A DNA stretch of 63,976 bases, counting the filler, from Hausera hauseri (Eukaryota): assembly GCA_046269625.1 (NCBI GenBank). It is 12 parts of 12 records of this genome, joined end to end, with 100 filler letters (N's around TTAATTAATTAA, not from the genome) between each part and the next. Parts side by side here need not be neighbours in the genome. Positions count along the whole stretch, not along the records: positions 22,415 to 27,861 come from JBJURY010253514.1; positions 27,962 to 32,003 come from JBJURY010799423.1; positions 32,104 to 36,394 come from JBJURY010653330.1; positions 36,495 to 43,034 come from JBJURY010089099.1; 8 more parts are not named here. The stretch is one strand, 5' to 3'. This document shows positions 27,561 to 40,699 of this stretch, one piece after another. The notes below the pieces were generated by a model, which was given only the letters and a program-made list of their open reading frames with translations, made no database searches and was not told the origin of the DNA. Position numbers and translations under genes: made by a program. The number at the start of each line of letters is the position of its first letter. The first letter of the stretch is position 1.

Positions 27561-27961
27561 TAGCTAATATGAGTAATATGCAGGTAATACAAGGGAAGTA
27601 TGAATGTGATATAGGAATTGTATAGATAGAATATGTTGGGTATGAAATACAGACATCATATATGGGTAATCTGCAGATACTATATATGTATTATGCTCGT
27701 AATATATCTAATGAAGACAATATATAGACAAAATATGTCCTATCAAAGCAGTGCATGTGAAACTAATCAATAAATCAATACATTAATGAATACGCTCATC
27801 AATACAACGCATCATTGCACTTATAAATACATTATGTATATTTTGGCCCTATTTAATTAACNNNNNNNNNNNNNNNNNNNNNNNNNNNNNNNNNNNNNNN
27901 NNNNNTTAATTAATTAANNNNNNNNNNNNNNNNNNNNNNNNNNNNNNNNNNNNNNNNNNNN

Positions 27962-30900
27962 TGATGTTCCATTGTCCTTAGGAAAGTCTGTAGATATTCT
28001 AAAAACAAATCTTCCTCTCTTCATTATTTCATTGAGTGTGGGGAATTTAAATAATGAATTTACTCCTTTTCTGAGTGTAGTGACTTCGAATAGAGCAACT
28101 GTTTTCAGTCTTCGTAATGGATAATAATAAGGCAACTGAATGTGGGCTAAATAAGGATACCCTGACATTAATTGAACGCACTCAACGTGTGTGCTAGTAA
28201 TCAAAAAACAGGCGTCATTTGTATTTTCCAATGTGACAATAAAGTCAGGATCTGGCGAACTGAATATTACGCGATCGGATCTTACTTGTACATAAATGTC
28301 CAATGGTCTAAAGGAAATAAACTAAATGCGTTCTGGGGCTTGCCTTATTCCTGCTATTAAGTACGGAATTTGATTATTAACCGAATAATGAAAACTGCTT
28401 AACCAAAAGGTATTTCGACAAGATGATTGCAATTGCAGCGTAAGAAGTATCTGCCGATTATCCTGTTTCGTGCATGATATTGAAGGTCGGGGCTTGTGAC
28501 CTCTACATTATAAAGTTCGTCAGTATATTGTTTCGCGGCGCATGAAAGAGAATAACTGACTCTACTGATTCGTGGTGCTTTTACTAAAACTCCCTTGTCA
28601 TTAAATATCTTTGCTCCAATTCGTTTATTATCTTCAACTGAAGGTGTACACGGTATCATTGGTGCTTTTCCTTCTATTCCAGTTACCGTACGTTGCCATA
28701 TACCATTTACAAGACGAAACATGGCGAATATTAATGAATATTCTTGGTTAGGTCGTGTATATATGCAAGTCGATTGATTATGTTCTCGGAAATAGTAAAC
28801 ATTATTTTGTTCAAAGGTTGTATCAGCATATCGTGTGGTTATTATCATTATTCTACCTTGTGGAATCTTCCTATCCCATTCAATTTGTAGGCATGGCTTT
28901 TTATAATCGGGTTGGCCTATAAACACTCTTTCTTCTAAGAATGATCTCTCAATTTTGGTTAACTCTTTCTGTTCGGGTGAATTGTCCATTAGAGATAACA
29001 TAACTGTTTTTGGTTTTAACGGTATCATTATTTTGAATGTTCGATCTTCATAGAGGGGTGAATTTTTATCCTTTGACATATGAATCTGCACCGAATAAAC
29101 AGTTCCATGCACAACTTTACAACAATTTTCCCCATATGAGGACGTAGTCGTACATAGCATTCTTTCTTCTCTATACAATGTTAACGTTCCCCAATTTTCG
29201 TTTATTGTTTTATTACTATTTATCCCAATTCGTGGATTGAGGAATCTCAGGGATAAGCAATTTCTTGTGTGATTATATTGAATGTACAGATCTCCTGGAG
29301 TAATACCTTGCATATCCCATGGTTCTATTTTTGGAATTCTCTTCAAATATTTCATGAAATCCGAAAATGTATTCGATGATAATTGAGTAAATACATTTGT
29401 TGTTTTCATTGAGCTTACAGTTGGCTGTGTAAATGAATCTGGTATGCAACAGACCAATATACCCATTGGTAATAACATTCTGTGAGGTTTTGAATCATGT
29501 TTAATCCGTGACAGTTGGGTTTGGACAGGTCTTTTAGTTTGTCGGTGGCTTTTAACGTATAGTAATACTACCCATATTAATACAAAAATGAGAATGACAA
29601 TGGGTGCAACAATTATCAGTAACAGATATCCATCATCCTGTTTTGTTGTCATAATGAATGTTTGGTTCTTCACTAATATCTTATTTTCGTCTGGTATTGC
29701 TTGCCGTTCTATATGGACAACGAGTCGTTTACCGGAAGTAGTTATATGACATAATGCTATTGTTTTTCGTTGGTGTATTATCCGTACGATGTAAAGACAT
29801 TGGGGTTTGAGACTGTAACAACTAATAGATGTATCCTTAAATAGTGAGCATTTGACTGTATCATCATCAAATGATATCATGTAATTGTTATTAGGGAAGT
29901 TAAATTTGGCATTTCTGTCATTTACTTGATAGGAAATATTCAAAGGAGTAAATCGAACCATCTGAATATGTTCAGGAAATTGTAGACCGTCGTAAGATAC
30001 ATGTAATGGCGAATTGAGAGTATTGAAATAAATTGTACTGATCCAAAACATATTGGGACATGGAGATAGTAATTGTAAGGTTAATAGTATTTGTCCGTCA
30101 TTACCTGGTACACAGATTCCTGAGGGTTCCACACTGGAATATTCTATATTATAATCCTCATCATTTGTTAACTTTGCTGTGCATGTTATAATGTTAGTGA
30201 CATTTTCTACTCTGGGGGTAATTCTCATTATTTCGTTGGAATTATCTACATCTGCATTTATTGGTCGATCATATTCAGGTGTTAGGCGACATTCATCATT
30301 ATTTTCTTTAATGGGTTCGTCTACTTTTATTCCTGTTCTAATTAGTTTGATAGTTGTTATTTCCGTAGGTATCGTAACGAAAATAGTTCGCTGGAAGGTG
30401 ATATAATGACCAAATCCATTTGTTCCCATGGTGATCTGATATAATTGAAAAGTAAGAGAATAAGTGTATCCTTGAGTAACCAAACAACATTTATTATCCT
30501 TTAGTTCCTAATGCACAACGCAAATAGGTCTATTTTCTTCAAACATTGTTATTGCTTCCCTTTCTTGTCCATTCAACCCGCTTACATAGGTTATCATTAA
30601 GCATTTTCTCTTGGAATTATAGTAAATTGAAAAAACTTTAAACACAAATCGACGATTGTTATTCAAATCCAAACTTGCATTTTCTAATAATTTCGAATAG
30701 TCTTGGTATACGGTATACAACTCCTGCTTTTGGTCAAAATTTGAGATCAGGGTTTGATTCAAATGAGGTGTAGCAGTTATTCGTGCCAAAACATTGGTCA
30801 TGCATAGTGTTAATACACATGAAAATAAAGTCATTCTTCCAAACTGCGGTTGTATACTCTGATATTGTTGGCTTATTGAATCACTTTCGACATCTTGTTG

Positions 30901-32003
30901 ATTATCCAGTTCACAAATATATTTGTTCGCGATGGGTTCCGTACTTACTGTAGAATTCATCTCCTGACTATTTTCGACGAACTGAGCATCTACCGCAAGG
31001 TTTGAGTTATTCAATTCAATGGGACTTACGTCGATGATATCGTCTTCTTCTTCTTCTATTACTGGTTTTAGGCTAAATTTATCCTCTATGGTAGGTTTTG
31101 GGAGGAGTTCAAGCAATTTGTCGATATTCTCTTCCATTCTATTCCAAGCTTTTTTATCTCTGGTAGGTCCTCTGAATTTCTTTTTTTTCTTAAATAATGC
31201 TTTATATTAATCGTATGCATCGACATTTCTATCAAGTACCACTGGTAGGGCAATTTGGTCGACAATGCTGCTCTTTGCGGTATTTTAGCTAAATATTTTA
31301 TTAAATATGCCTCTTCTCCAGGTAATAAATCCACTTGGGTTAGTCCTAAATAAGCCATCACCCTATTAATCCATCTGGTGTCATAAACTACTTTACTATC
31401 TATCCCGTATTTTTGAGCAAGCAAGTCTATTCTCTCATCGTGTAATTGTACTGAACGATAGTAAATTTCCAGCGTGCTGGCTTGTGTTAAATTAATTATT
31501 TCTTTATCGGTTATTCTTATTCCCTTAGGTTGATCCTTGTTTCTGTTGAAACTATAGAAAAGAATCTTTATCATGTATTGTCGAACTTCTTCTGTATCCA
31601 AATCAGGTGCCAGTATAAAGTTATTGATATAGAAATAATCTACAATTCGCTGTAATATACTCTGTTGGTGGTATTCATTATCACGATAAAAGGAGGTGAC
31701 ATATTGGCTTTTAATCCATGCTACAACACTATGGGATATATTAAGGTGGTCTGCCCCTAATTCCCATAACACTTGGTATACCCACCTATCCATTTCTGGA
31801 GTTGGTTCAGATAGGGCCTCTAGACTCTTGTATAAAAGTCTAGTACAAGTAAGTCTACTGTGAGTTATCTTGTTTACTGGTGTCAAGGTATCTAATAATT
31901 TAATCTTACAACATCTTAGGTTTGGTGTATTAGGATTTTCTTCAGCACTGATTCCTCTGTTAACCAAGATATCTGAGTAATTATCGAAACATCTTCTCAT
32001 CAT
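27962..32003 (-). pseudogene. Intronless virus-like polyprotein (>1300 codons): helical N-terminal region, then two signal-peptide-led ectodomain units with FnIII-like motifs separated by a TM helix
   Basis: ORFs 31086..32003, 30508..31137, 28399..30483 and 27962..28303 join through a frameshift near the T8 run 31181-31188, an in-frame stop at 30508, a frameshift near 28450 and a stop near 28325; TM YLLLIIVAPIVILIFVLIWVVLLYV; clear internal duplication. Confidence 0.7.
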
Positions 32004-32103
32004 NNNNNNNNNNNNNNNNNNNNNNNNNNNNNNNNNNNNNNNNNNNNTTAATTAATTAANNNNNNNNNNNNNNNNNNNNNNNNNNNNNNNNNNNNNNNNN
32101 NNN

Positions 32104-33265
32104 CGGAAAACGTTATTCAAATGAAACGCATACGAATGCTAGGTCAAGAGAAGAGGTAATAGAACAATCCACATCAACGATATTAATATCAGATGCACAC
32201 GGGTTGAAATTTATTAGAAAAGATATGTTATCACGTTGCGATGTAGTTATATATGCCACTAACTACGAAGCATTTTTTGTAGCAGAAAAAGAAATCGATA
32301 TGAAAACGTATGATTTAAAAACACAGGATGTGAGGATCGAAGACTACCTCAAAAACCGAGACGACTATTTCTATTACAAAGGTCAGACCGGAATAGCGGA
32401 ATTATATTACAAAATGATAACAAATGACTGCAGATTAGATACTGAATGCATGCGAACCAAACTAGCTTTAATTTACGCTAACTCAGAATTAGCATCACCA
32501 ATTATACTAATTAAAGTAAGCGTTTTCGGACGGGTTACCGGAGAAGTACTATTAACCTACAAATGCGAGAAAAGAGATGTGCCAATCAACGTAGAAGAGA
32601 AAAGATGCATGCAAAAATTACCGGTCATCTATGAGAATATGCCGAGATTACAAGGCCACTCACTCGCGTATTATTGGCAAACTCTACCGAACCGACGATA
32701 CTGAAGGAATGTTAAACGAGTCTAAGTGAACCAATGTTTCGACGTAGCAGTACAGACTGGATAAGCTTACCGAATGGAGGCTCTGCTGCAGCCCCTAGTA
32801 AGCTAACGGGAACTAATTTAATGAAAGAATTATCTGAGGAAAAATTCGAGGACACGGCTAACAAAGGAATTGATAGACCAAAAGATATAGAAGCTTTTAG
32901 ACAATTTCTAGAGTTTCCACGACAGAGAACATATAAACGGAATAAAGCTATGTCAATGGTCATGTACGATACTCGTTTTCAAGCAAAATTGGAGTCATTA
33001 CTTGGCGCTAATCACTACCAGAGGGTAACATCAGAAATACTATATAAAATCTGGAGAGGATTTTTAATTTTTGGACAAGTTGCATCTGGATTTTTAGCCA
33101 TCTACTTTTTAGTCTAACTAATTAAAGCAGTAATTTAAGCCATTATAAACGGGTATGAAACATTCACATTGACAGGATTCTCTTGTAAAATTTTAACCGC
33201 ATTCATCACACAATTTGAAAAGATGCTTAAAGCGTACGAAGAAAAAACCGATGGAAAAATGATGT
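32104..33265 (+). pseudogene. env: Chuvirus/gB-type (class III) envelope glycoprotein, C-terminal half
   Basis: RCDVVIYATNY, DYFYY...NDCRL, FGRVTGEVLLTYKC, RCMQKLPV, FLEFP, then membrane region KIWRGFLIFGQVASGFLAIYFLV; pattern recalled from chuvirus-like glycoproteins. Confidence 0.8.
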
Positions 33266-33929
33266 AGAACGCCATGTCGGATATTATAATCGTAAACGAC
33301 GAGGCAGACCCTCGATTCTTAATAAATGCAAAAATAGAAAGACAATAGTATGGAAAGACGACTCAGGTGATGACGAGCCTAAGGGAGGAGAAGTAAATTC
33401 CAGAATGAGGATACACAAAATATACTCAGTAATTAACACATCATTGCCTATCATGCCACCAACAGCGCCAATATATGAAGACTGTGACCATAAATCGATC
33501 ACATACTGTCGATCAGAAATCTATCAAAAGCCTATTAATTATGAGAATCCTTATGAGAAGACAAAACAATATGGAGTACTTCGGAAAATGAATGTTATCA
33601 ACCAAGGACCAACAGAAAACAACCACGGAATATTATATTCAGAAAGGATACCGCGCCACATAGAGCCGAAATCAACAATCTGGGAGAACCCAAAAATGTG
33701 TCCTATCTCGGGTTCACTACCCCAGGAACCTCTCATTGACAGTCGTGTTACTGAAATAACAAATAACAATTTATATCCGAATGGAGAATTAAGACAATTA
33801 AGGCAAGATATCATTTCATCGCCAGGAATAACAATAAATGGACATAGAGTCTACTATGAAGCAGTCAAAGATAGCCTAAAATTGCTACAGGACAGTAGCA
33901 AAAGGAAGACCTTTCGCCAAAATACACAC

Positions 33930-36394
33930 TGAAGATTGGGAAGTATATGCATTAATCGACACCGAATCAGAAAAATCATTTATAAAATATGAATCTATAC
34001 CAACCACATTGCGAGACCAGTTATGTCCGCCCGCCCCATCGCACCCAGGTAGCATAGGAGCATTTGGACAAGTACCGAGGCCAAAATTGAAATGGACTCC
34101 TACTGTGTATATGATGGGCCAAGCACTTCAACATGAATTCGCGATAATGGATCAGTTAACAGACAATGTAGTACTAGGTTGCGACATACTGAAGCAAATA
34201 CCAGGGATGGCAATTAATGTGCATAGTGGAAAATTAATTGAGCTCGAGCCAATAAAAGGGACAAAGGCAATAAAGGAAAGGAAATCAGGCGAAGTATGGA
34301 TTCCGGTGGATGAGGACATTCCGCCTAGAACCGAAATGATAATATTTGCACAAATTTGACAGGACGAGGACCTACCAGTATATTTCGAGCCTCAAGAGAA
34401 TATTGATCCAAATCTTATGTTTAACAATATTCTATGTAGAGTAATGACGGGACAAATACCTATCAGACTAATGAATAATGCACCAATTCCCGTAAGATTA
34501 CACGCTAGAACTACTTTAGGTCACACTTACAGAATATCGGCAGTAACAATAGAGGAGAAACCATACAAGTGTGCCGAATTTCCACCTCACGTGGAGCCCA
34601 AATTCTCTCCCGAAGCGTATTGCAAATTCTACGAATTATTGTGTAAATTCCGTTCGATAATAACGCAAAACGAAGAAGACATAGGTAGAGCAGGGGCTCT
34701 AAGATTAACGATTCCATTGAGGAAAAAACCCGGCTCAAATGACGAAATCGATCTAGAAGAACAAAAAATGTTCAAATGGTACGCGCCTCCTCACTCATTG
34801 AGACCGAAGATAACTAAAGAGGTAGAACGAATGTTAAAGGCCGACATAATTCGACCAAGTTATCGATCATGATATTCACCTATACTTATGGTTAAGAAGA
34901 AGGGAACTACAAAACATAGATTTTGTATAGATTATCGGGCACTAAAAACGATAATAATGAAAGACGCATTTCCCTTGCCATCGGTAAATAAAGCTTTAGA
35001 CAGACTATCAGGAGCAAAATGGTTTACCACTCTCGACTTACAATCGGGATACTGGCAGGTAGAAATTGAAGAAGAAGATTGATATAAAACAGCGTTTAAA
35101 ACACATGATGGCGTATACGAATTTAATGTTATGCCTTTTGGCATCACCACCAGCCCAGCTATTTTTACTAGAATGATGAATAAGATGCTCATGGGACTTG
35201 ATCATGCATTTGCATACTTAGACGACGTGATGATAGCATCAAGAACGGAGGAGGAACACTTAAAGGACATTGAAGATACACTCATGCGGCTAGAACAAGT
35301 AGTTCTAAAACTAAAATCAAAGACATGTAAATGGGCATAGAACGCAGTATCGTACCTCGGACACCTAGTTGGAGAAGGAGGATCAAAACCGCATAAATAA
35401 TTTTTAAATAAAGTATCCGATTGTATGCAACCGCAGAATCAAAAAGAGTTAAGACACTGGTTAAGCCCATATGGATATTATGTCACTTATGTACCAGACA
35501 ATTCAAAAATGAACGCACCACTATATCGCCTACTCAAAAAAGGAACGAAGTGGAGATGGACAGAAGTGCAACAAAACCAATCAACGAAATGAAGAAAGTT
35601 TTGACAACGAACCAGTTTTAAAATACCCGGATTTTAACCTACTATTCATCATTAAAACAGATGCAAGTAAAGAAGGCATAGGATGAGAATTAACTCAGAA
35701 ACGAGAAGAAGAAGAATTAGAACATCCCATAGCCTATGGAGGACGTTCATTAAAGAAAGCAGAAAAGAATTATTTAGTTAACGAATTGGAAACGTTAGCT
35801 GTAAAGGAAGCACTACGACACTTTAATGTCTACGTCTATGGACAAAAGATTATCATAGTTACTGATCACAAAGCAGTTACAACATTGAAAGGACAAGCTA
35901 ATAATCCAACATGCAGATTAAACCGTTGGATTGAAGAAATCTCACGATATAACATTAAATTTCAATACAAACCGGGTAATAAACACGTTGACGCCGACGC
36001 ACTGTCAAGATGAAAGACAAAAACGAGTGCAATCACCACAATAAAAAAGCCACAACTCGAACAGCTGATCGAACGACAAAAAACTCTAATATCGAATAAG
36101 ACAATTAGAATTACAGCGGAGCAAGCGAAAGATACGGTCATTCAGCAAATTATTGAATTCGTACAAAACGACAAAATGCTAAAAGGACGGCAACTGAAAA
36201 AGCATTTACAGAAACACGGACGTAAATATCGCGCATCAAACCTAGATAACATCCTGTATTACAAACGGAACGGAAGAAGATTAGTAGTCATTCCAAAAGG
36301 ATTACGCACCGAAGTACTCATGGCTGAACATGACTCGTATTTAGCTGGACACATGTTGTGGAAGAAGCCATTGGAAAGAATATTAAATAAATAC
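33930..36394 (+). pseudogene. pol: Ty3/Gypsy pol (protease-RT-RNase H-integrase N-terminus), decayed
   Basis: ALIDTESEKSF (protease, ~33950), VVLGCDIL, RFCIDYRAL, LDLQSGYWQV, YLDD, TDASK, TDHK, DADALSR, integrase Zn-finger start EHDSYLAGH. Confidence 0.92.
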
Positions 36395-38029
36395 NNNNNN
36401 NNNNNNNNNNNNNNNNNNNNNNNNNNNNNNNNNNNNNNTTAATTAATTAANNNNNNNNNNNNNNNNNNNNNNNNNNNNNNNNNNNNNNNNNNNNTGATAA
36501 GGGAAAGAAGAAAGTGGGTAAGGGGGACTTGGTTTCATACTATCAATGAGAATAAAATCATCACACCTGGAATGCAACTTAGTAAACGATAGAATAATAA
36601 CAATTAGACTGAAGAGGAAAAAAAGAAACATCAAAATCGTGCATATATACGCACCTACATCAGCAGCAAATGGCAAAGACATCCAGGAATTTTACAGAAA
36701 ATTGCAAGTACCTGTACATGAAGCAAAGAAAGGCGTCATCACAATTATAATGGGAGATCGAAATGTAAAAATCGGCATCGAAAGAACAGAGACAGTGAAA
36801 AAAGCGCGAGGGACTTTTGGTATAGCACATAGAAACGAAAGAGGGGAAAGACTAATTGAATTCTTCCTAGAAAACAGCTTGTGCATCACAAACACACTCT
36901 TCAAACAACACTCCAGAAGACTGTTTACATGGACCTCACCAGATAGCAACACCAGGAATGAAATAGACTACATCCTAATGCAGCAGAGATGGAGGTCAAG
37001 TATAACAGCCACAAAGACATTACGAGGAGCAGAACATCGAAGCAACATCGAAGTCCAAAATAAATTCAAGTTCTAATGGCAATACAAGTTGACATGACAC
37101 CTGACGAGTTAGCCACGCACACATGAGAGATTCTCATCTCAACAGCTCAAAACATGTTACAAAGACAAACTCAGAAGAAACAGAGCTACATGACTAACAA
37201 AACACTGAAACTCATACAAGAAAGAAGAAGACCGAAGCGAGAAGGGGTGAAACGAAACAGCAGCAACTATAGACTCTGCACCTGAAAAAGTAGAAGAGAA
37301 ATAAGGAAAGACAAAATAAAAAACAGTATATAACAAATGCATGCAACAAAATAGAAGATCTTCAAAAACAAGGAAACGATGGAGACATGTTCAGATAAAT
37401 TAAAGCACTAACTAGAATTTTTAACCCACATCTACAAGTAATAGATGACAAACAAAGAACGACTCCAAAAGAAAACACAGACATTCAAGCAAGATGGAAA
37501 GAATACTGCTGGAAAGGTACAAAGACACTAAAAATAATACAGAGGTAGTAATAAAAGGTAATGATAAGGAACCAGAACGGATTTTAGATGAAGTGATTTT
37601 CGGCAATAAATAGTCAAAACAAAGGTAAATCACCATGTTGCGATTACATACCAGCTGAATTAATTCAAGCAGGAAGCGAAGCCAGGGCCCGAGTCTATCA
37701 CGCTTTGTATATAAAGTTTTGGAATAGTCCTGACTGGCCAATGTAAGAAAAAGATCAGTATGCATTCCCATACCAAAGAAAGGTAATCTAAAACTGCACA
37801 AATTATCGCACCATTGCAGTAATAAGTGATGCCAACAAAATCCTCCTACCCATCATCATGAAAAGAATGAAAAAGAAAATCGCGGAAGAAGTACAAGAAG
37901 TGCAAGCTGGGTTCTGACCAGGCAGGGGCACCAGGTACCACATCTTCAACATGAGAAACATCTTCGAGAAATGCAGAACGTGCAACGTAGACCTTCGCAC
38001 TTGTTTCATTGATTACAATAAGGCTTTTG

Positions 38030-38108
38030 ACTGAAAAAATCCCAAGTGCTTCCACCGTACCTCTAGCACTCGAGGCGGACGTCCTACCTCGAGACCACTG
38101 AGCCCCCT
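38030..38108 (-). mobile_element. Possible second SINE-family head fragment (related fragment near 10050-10110)
   Basis: Minus strand reads GGGGCTCAGTGGTCTCGAGGTAGGACGTCCGCCTCGAG; CTCGAGGCGGACGTC is shared with ~10086. Confidence 0.35.
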
Positions 38109-38830
38109 GAAAGGAGTAAGATAAAGATGTATACTCTGCCAATATCTGCTCAACATCTATGCCGAGAATATAATGTGAAATGTCAAAGAAGATAAAATTG
38201 TGCGAACTGTGATCCTTTCACATTTGGTGTTAACACCCTTCCATAACTCAGAAAACGCAGACGATACAGTCCCCTTTCAAAAAGCACTGGAGGTCTGAAA
38301 TAACTGATACTGGTGGATAAAAAACACACAAAGAACAGAACCTTCTCTTGAACACAAAGAGAACAAAACTAATGACAACTCACAAAACTAGTCGCAAACC
38401 CAAAATCCCCATAGACAAAGAAGAAATGGTGAATGTTTGAAATTATGAATATCTGGGTTTCACAATAGACAACATTGGAGTCTGATTAGGGGAAGTGAGA
38501 ATGATATTAACAATAGCAATGCAGAGATTAACTAGTATGAAGAACCTATGGCATGACACCAGCAACTCAGACAATTAAAATTTCTAAGAACATGAATTTT
38601 CTCTGTGGCGACCTATGGATGCGAATCATGGACTATCACACAAGCAATAAAGAAAAACAGATAAACGCATTCGAATTAAAGTGTTACAGAAAAGTCATAA
38701 GAATAGCATGGACTAAAGGAGAAAAACACAAAGCTATACTTCAAAAACTGAACATCGCGAACAACTGGCTTGTCAACAGTATCATGTGTCTCGAAAACAG
38801 AATTATTTTGGCCACGTTAAACGTCATGAT

Positions 38831-39101
38831 AGGAGCCGCGATGGCGTTGCGGTTAGTTCGTTCTTGCGCCGATCGTGTGGTCGTGGGTTCAATCCCAATT
38901 GCGGGTGTTTTTTTCAAAACAGATCCAAGGACCCACCAGCCTCAAAAATTGGCACCGGAGAAATTCTCTGCATAAGTAGAGGCGGCCTGGCGGTATGCTA
39001 GCAACATAATCCAATCATGTGCCGATGTCAAAGAAAATCTAGACACTAACTCTACATTTCCCTATATGCATTATGTGGCGTGTAATGGGCTTTACTTTTT
39101 G
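38831..39101 (+). mobile_element. tRNA-derived SINE with Nin-domain-like core, 13-bp TSD
   Basis: A box TGGCGTTGCGG, B box GGTTCAATCC; core CCACCAGCCTC...GGCACCGG...GGCGGCCTGGCGG...TGCCGATGTCAAAG...TGGCGTGTA; TSD TAAACGTC(A/T)TGAT at 38818-38830 and 39102-39114. Confidence 0.85.
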
Positions 39102-40699
39102 TAAACGTCTTGATGGCCTGGAGAAAATAGTTTTTGAAGGTTTTGTTCCTGGTGCAAGAGGCAAGGGAAGACCAAGAGACGCTGAACACAAGAGATCATG
39201 GAGACACTGAATATAAACTTGAGAGAGTCGGGCGAGCTGACAAGAGACAGAGAATCTTTCAGACGGGCTATGATGAGTACGACGTTCTGCAAAGGACATG
39301 CCACATATGTATAATTGCTTTGCAACCTGGTCTTTCTAGTAGATTCCAACCGCTGCCTGCGACTCTTTCCCTCAATATTTATAAAGAAGTTAAGTTTCAA
39401 GTATCTTCGTATCGCTAAAGAATGATTCTGTTTGTGTTACTTACATACATATATGAAAATGGACACGGGCCATGCGCCGTAGCATATCGTTCACCTCAGA
39501 ACATAATGGTATATGTCATAAGACAGATTAAGGAAAATCATTTCCATACAATTATTGAATGCCGCCAGAGAATGACGTGTAGTACTTTCATTTTTCTCAG
39601 CTACCAAGTTGTCATTATGGACGCAACCACCTATCTTGCCCCTTTTCTTTCTCGCGTTGTATCTTGGTAGCCATTTCGGGCTTTTATTTCTGTTTCTTAT
39701 TTCTTATCAACACTTTAACTATTCTAAACAAAATGTTTATTTCGGCATGACTGTTTTGTTTTTGCTTCAAAAGTTTCAGTGACTACCAAATTTTGTAGTT
39801 CTTTTTATCTCATCCCAAGAGCCAGAAAGTTAACTTCGCATTTTCTTGATCAGATTCCGATCTGTTGTAACTAACGTGTCAATACGATTAAGAATTTGTA
39901 ATACTTTTTTCATAGCTATCTTTCAGCAACTCCTATTGGTTTTAAGAAAATAAAATGTCTGTGTATTGACCTAATCTCAAGTGGAGCAGTATGGTTACCA
40001 CTGTAGCACTCTTTTCGTTGTTTACGTGTTAGGATCCTGGTGTTTCTAAAAACGTCTTTTTGCTTTGACTATTCCTGCTTTGATTTCAATTTAGTTCCTA
40101 ATAGCTGCTATCAAATTGAAACACGCGTGAACTTGTTCTGGTGGGCAGTATTGATAAGAGAAATATCCTTGACAGAAAACTGTATTACAATGTGTGAATC
40201 ATCAACGGAAACTAAAAACACCTCCATCAAATAGCTGAATACTTCCATATTAAGAATACAAGTGTTCATGAATAGGATAACTTTAAAAGCAACGTTTTGA
40301 GTACGCAAAAGAAAACAATAGTGAATACGAAACGTTTCATATCGGATAGACAACCGCAAGCCAATATGTTATTGTGTGACCGCCTTGCCCACAGTGATTT
40401 TCAGATTTTTAAAATTAAACATTGGCCTTTGATCGAGCCGGGCAATAACATAAACGAAACAATACAGATACGGATTCGGAAACTTACAAAATCAGAAATG
40501 ACACCAACGATGTTAATTGTTTGGTTTCATTCGTCTGATGGTTTAAATCGTCATCTAGAGATCTAAGGCTGTACGGATCATCAAAGCACAGTTTTGTAAC
40601 CAAATCTGGACAGAAAAAAAACTTTTCGCTGAAGTGTTTGTTACTACACTCTATTGTTTTCTTTCTATATTTTCACACTCTTCTATAATTTGTTATCTT

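Larger units (their letters stand above)
36495..39300 (+). mobile_element. RTE-like LINE (APE endonuclease + RT), decayed, interrupted by SINEs
   Basis: YAPTS, IMGDRNVKIG, NERGERL, FTWTSPD, NEIDYIL; QAGF, FIDYNKAFD; 3' YFGHVKR...LEKIVFEG...GKGRPR. Confidence 0.9.

Noticed and set aside
27962-36394. FnIII-like polyprotein and env-pol as one element
   Set aside because: Plausible from similar A-rich coding strands, but they are split by a linker and of unknown relative orientation; kept only as a testable idea.
38832-38905. tRNA gene (also 9692-9765 and ~3448-3520)
   Set aside because: A/B boxes present but no convincing cloverleaf; the 38.8-kb and 9.7-kb copies run into a SINE core, and the 3.4-kb one is too degenerate to call.
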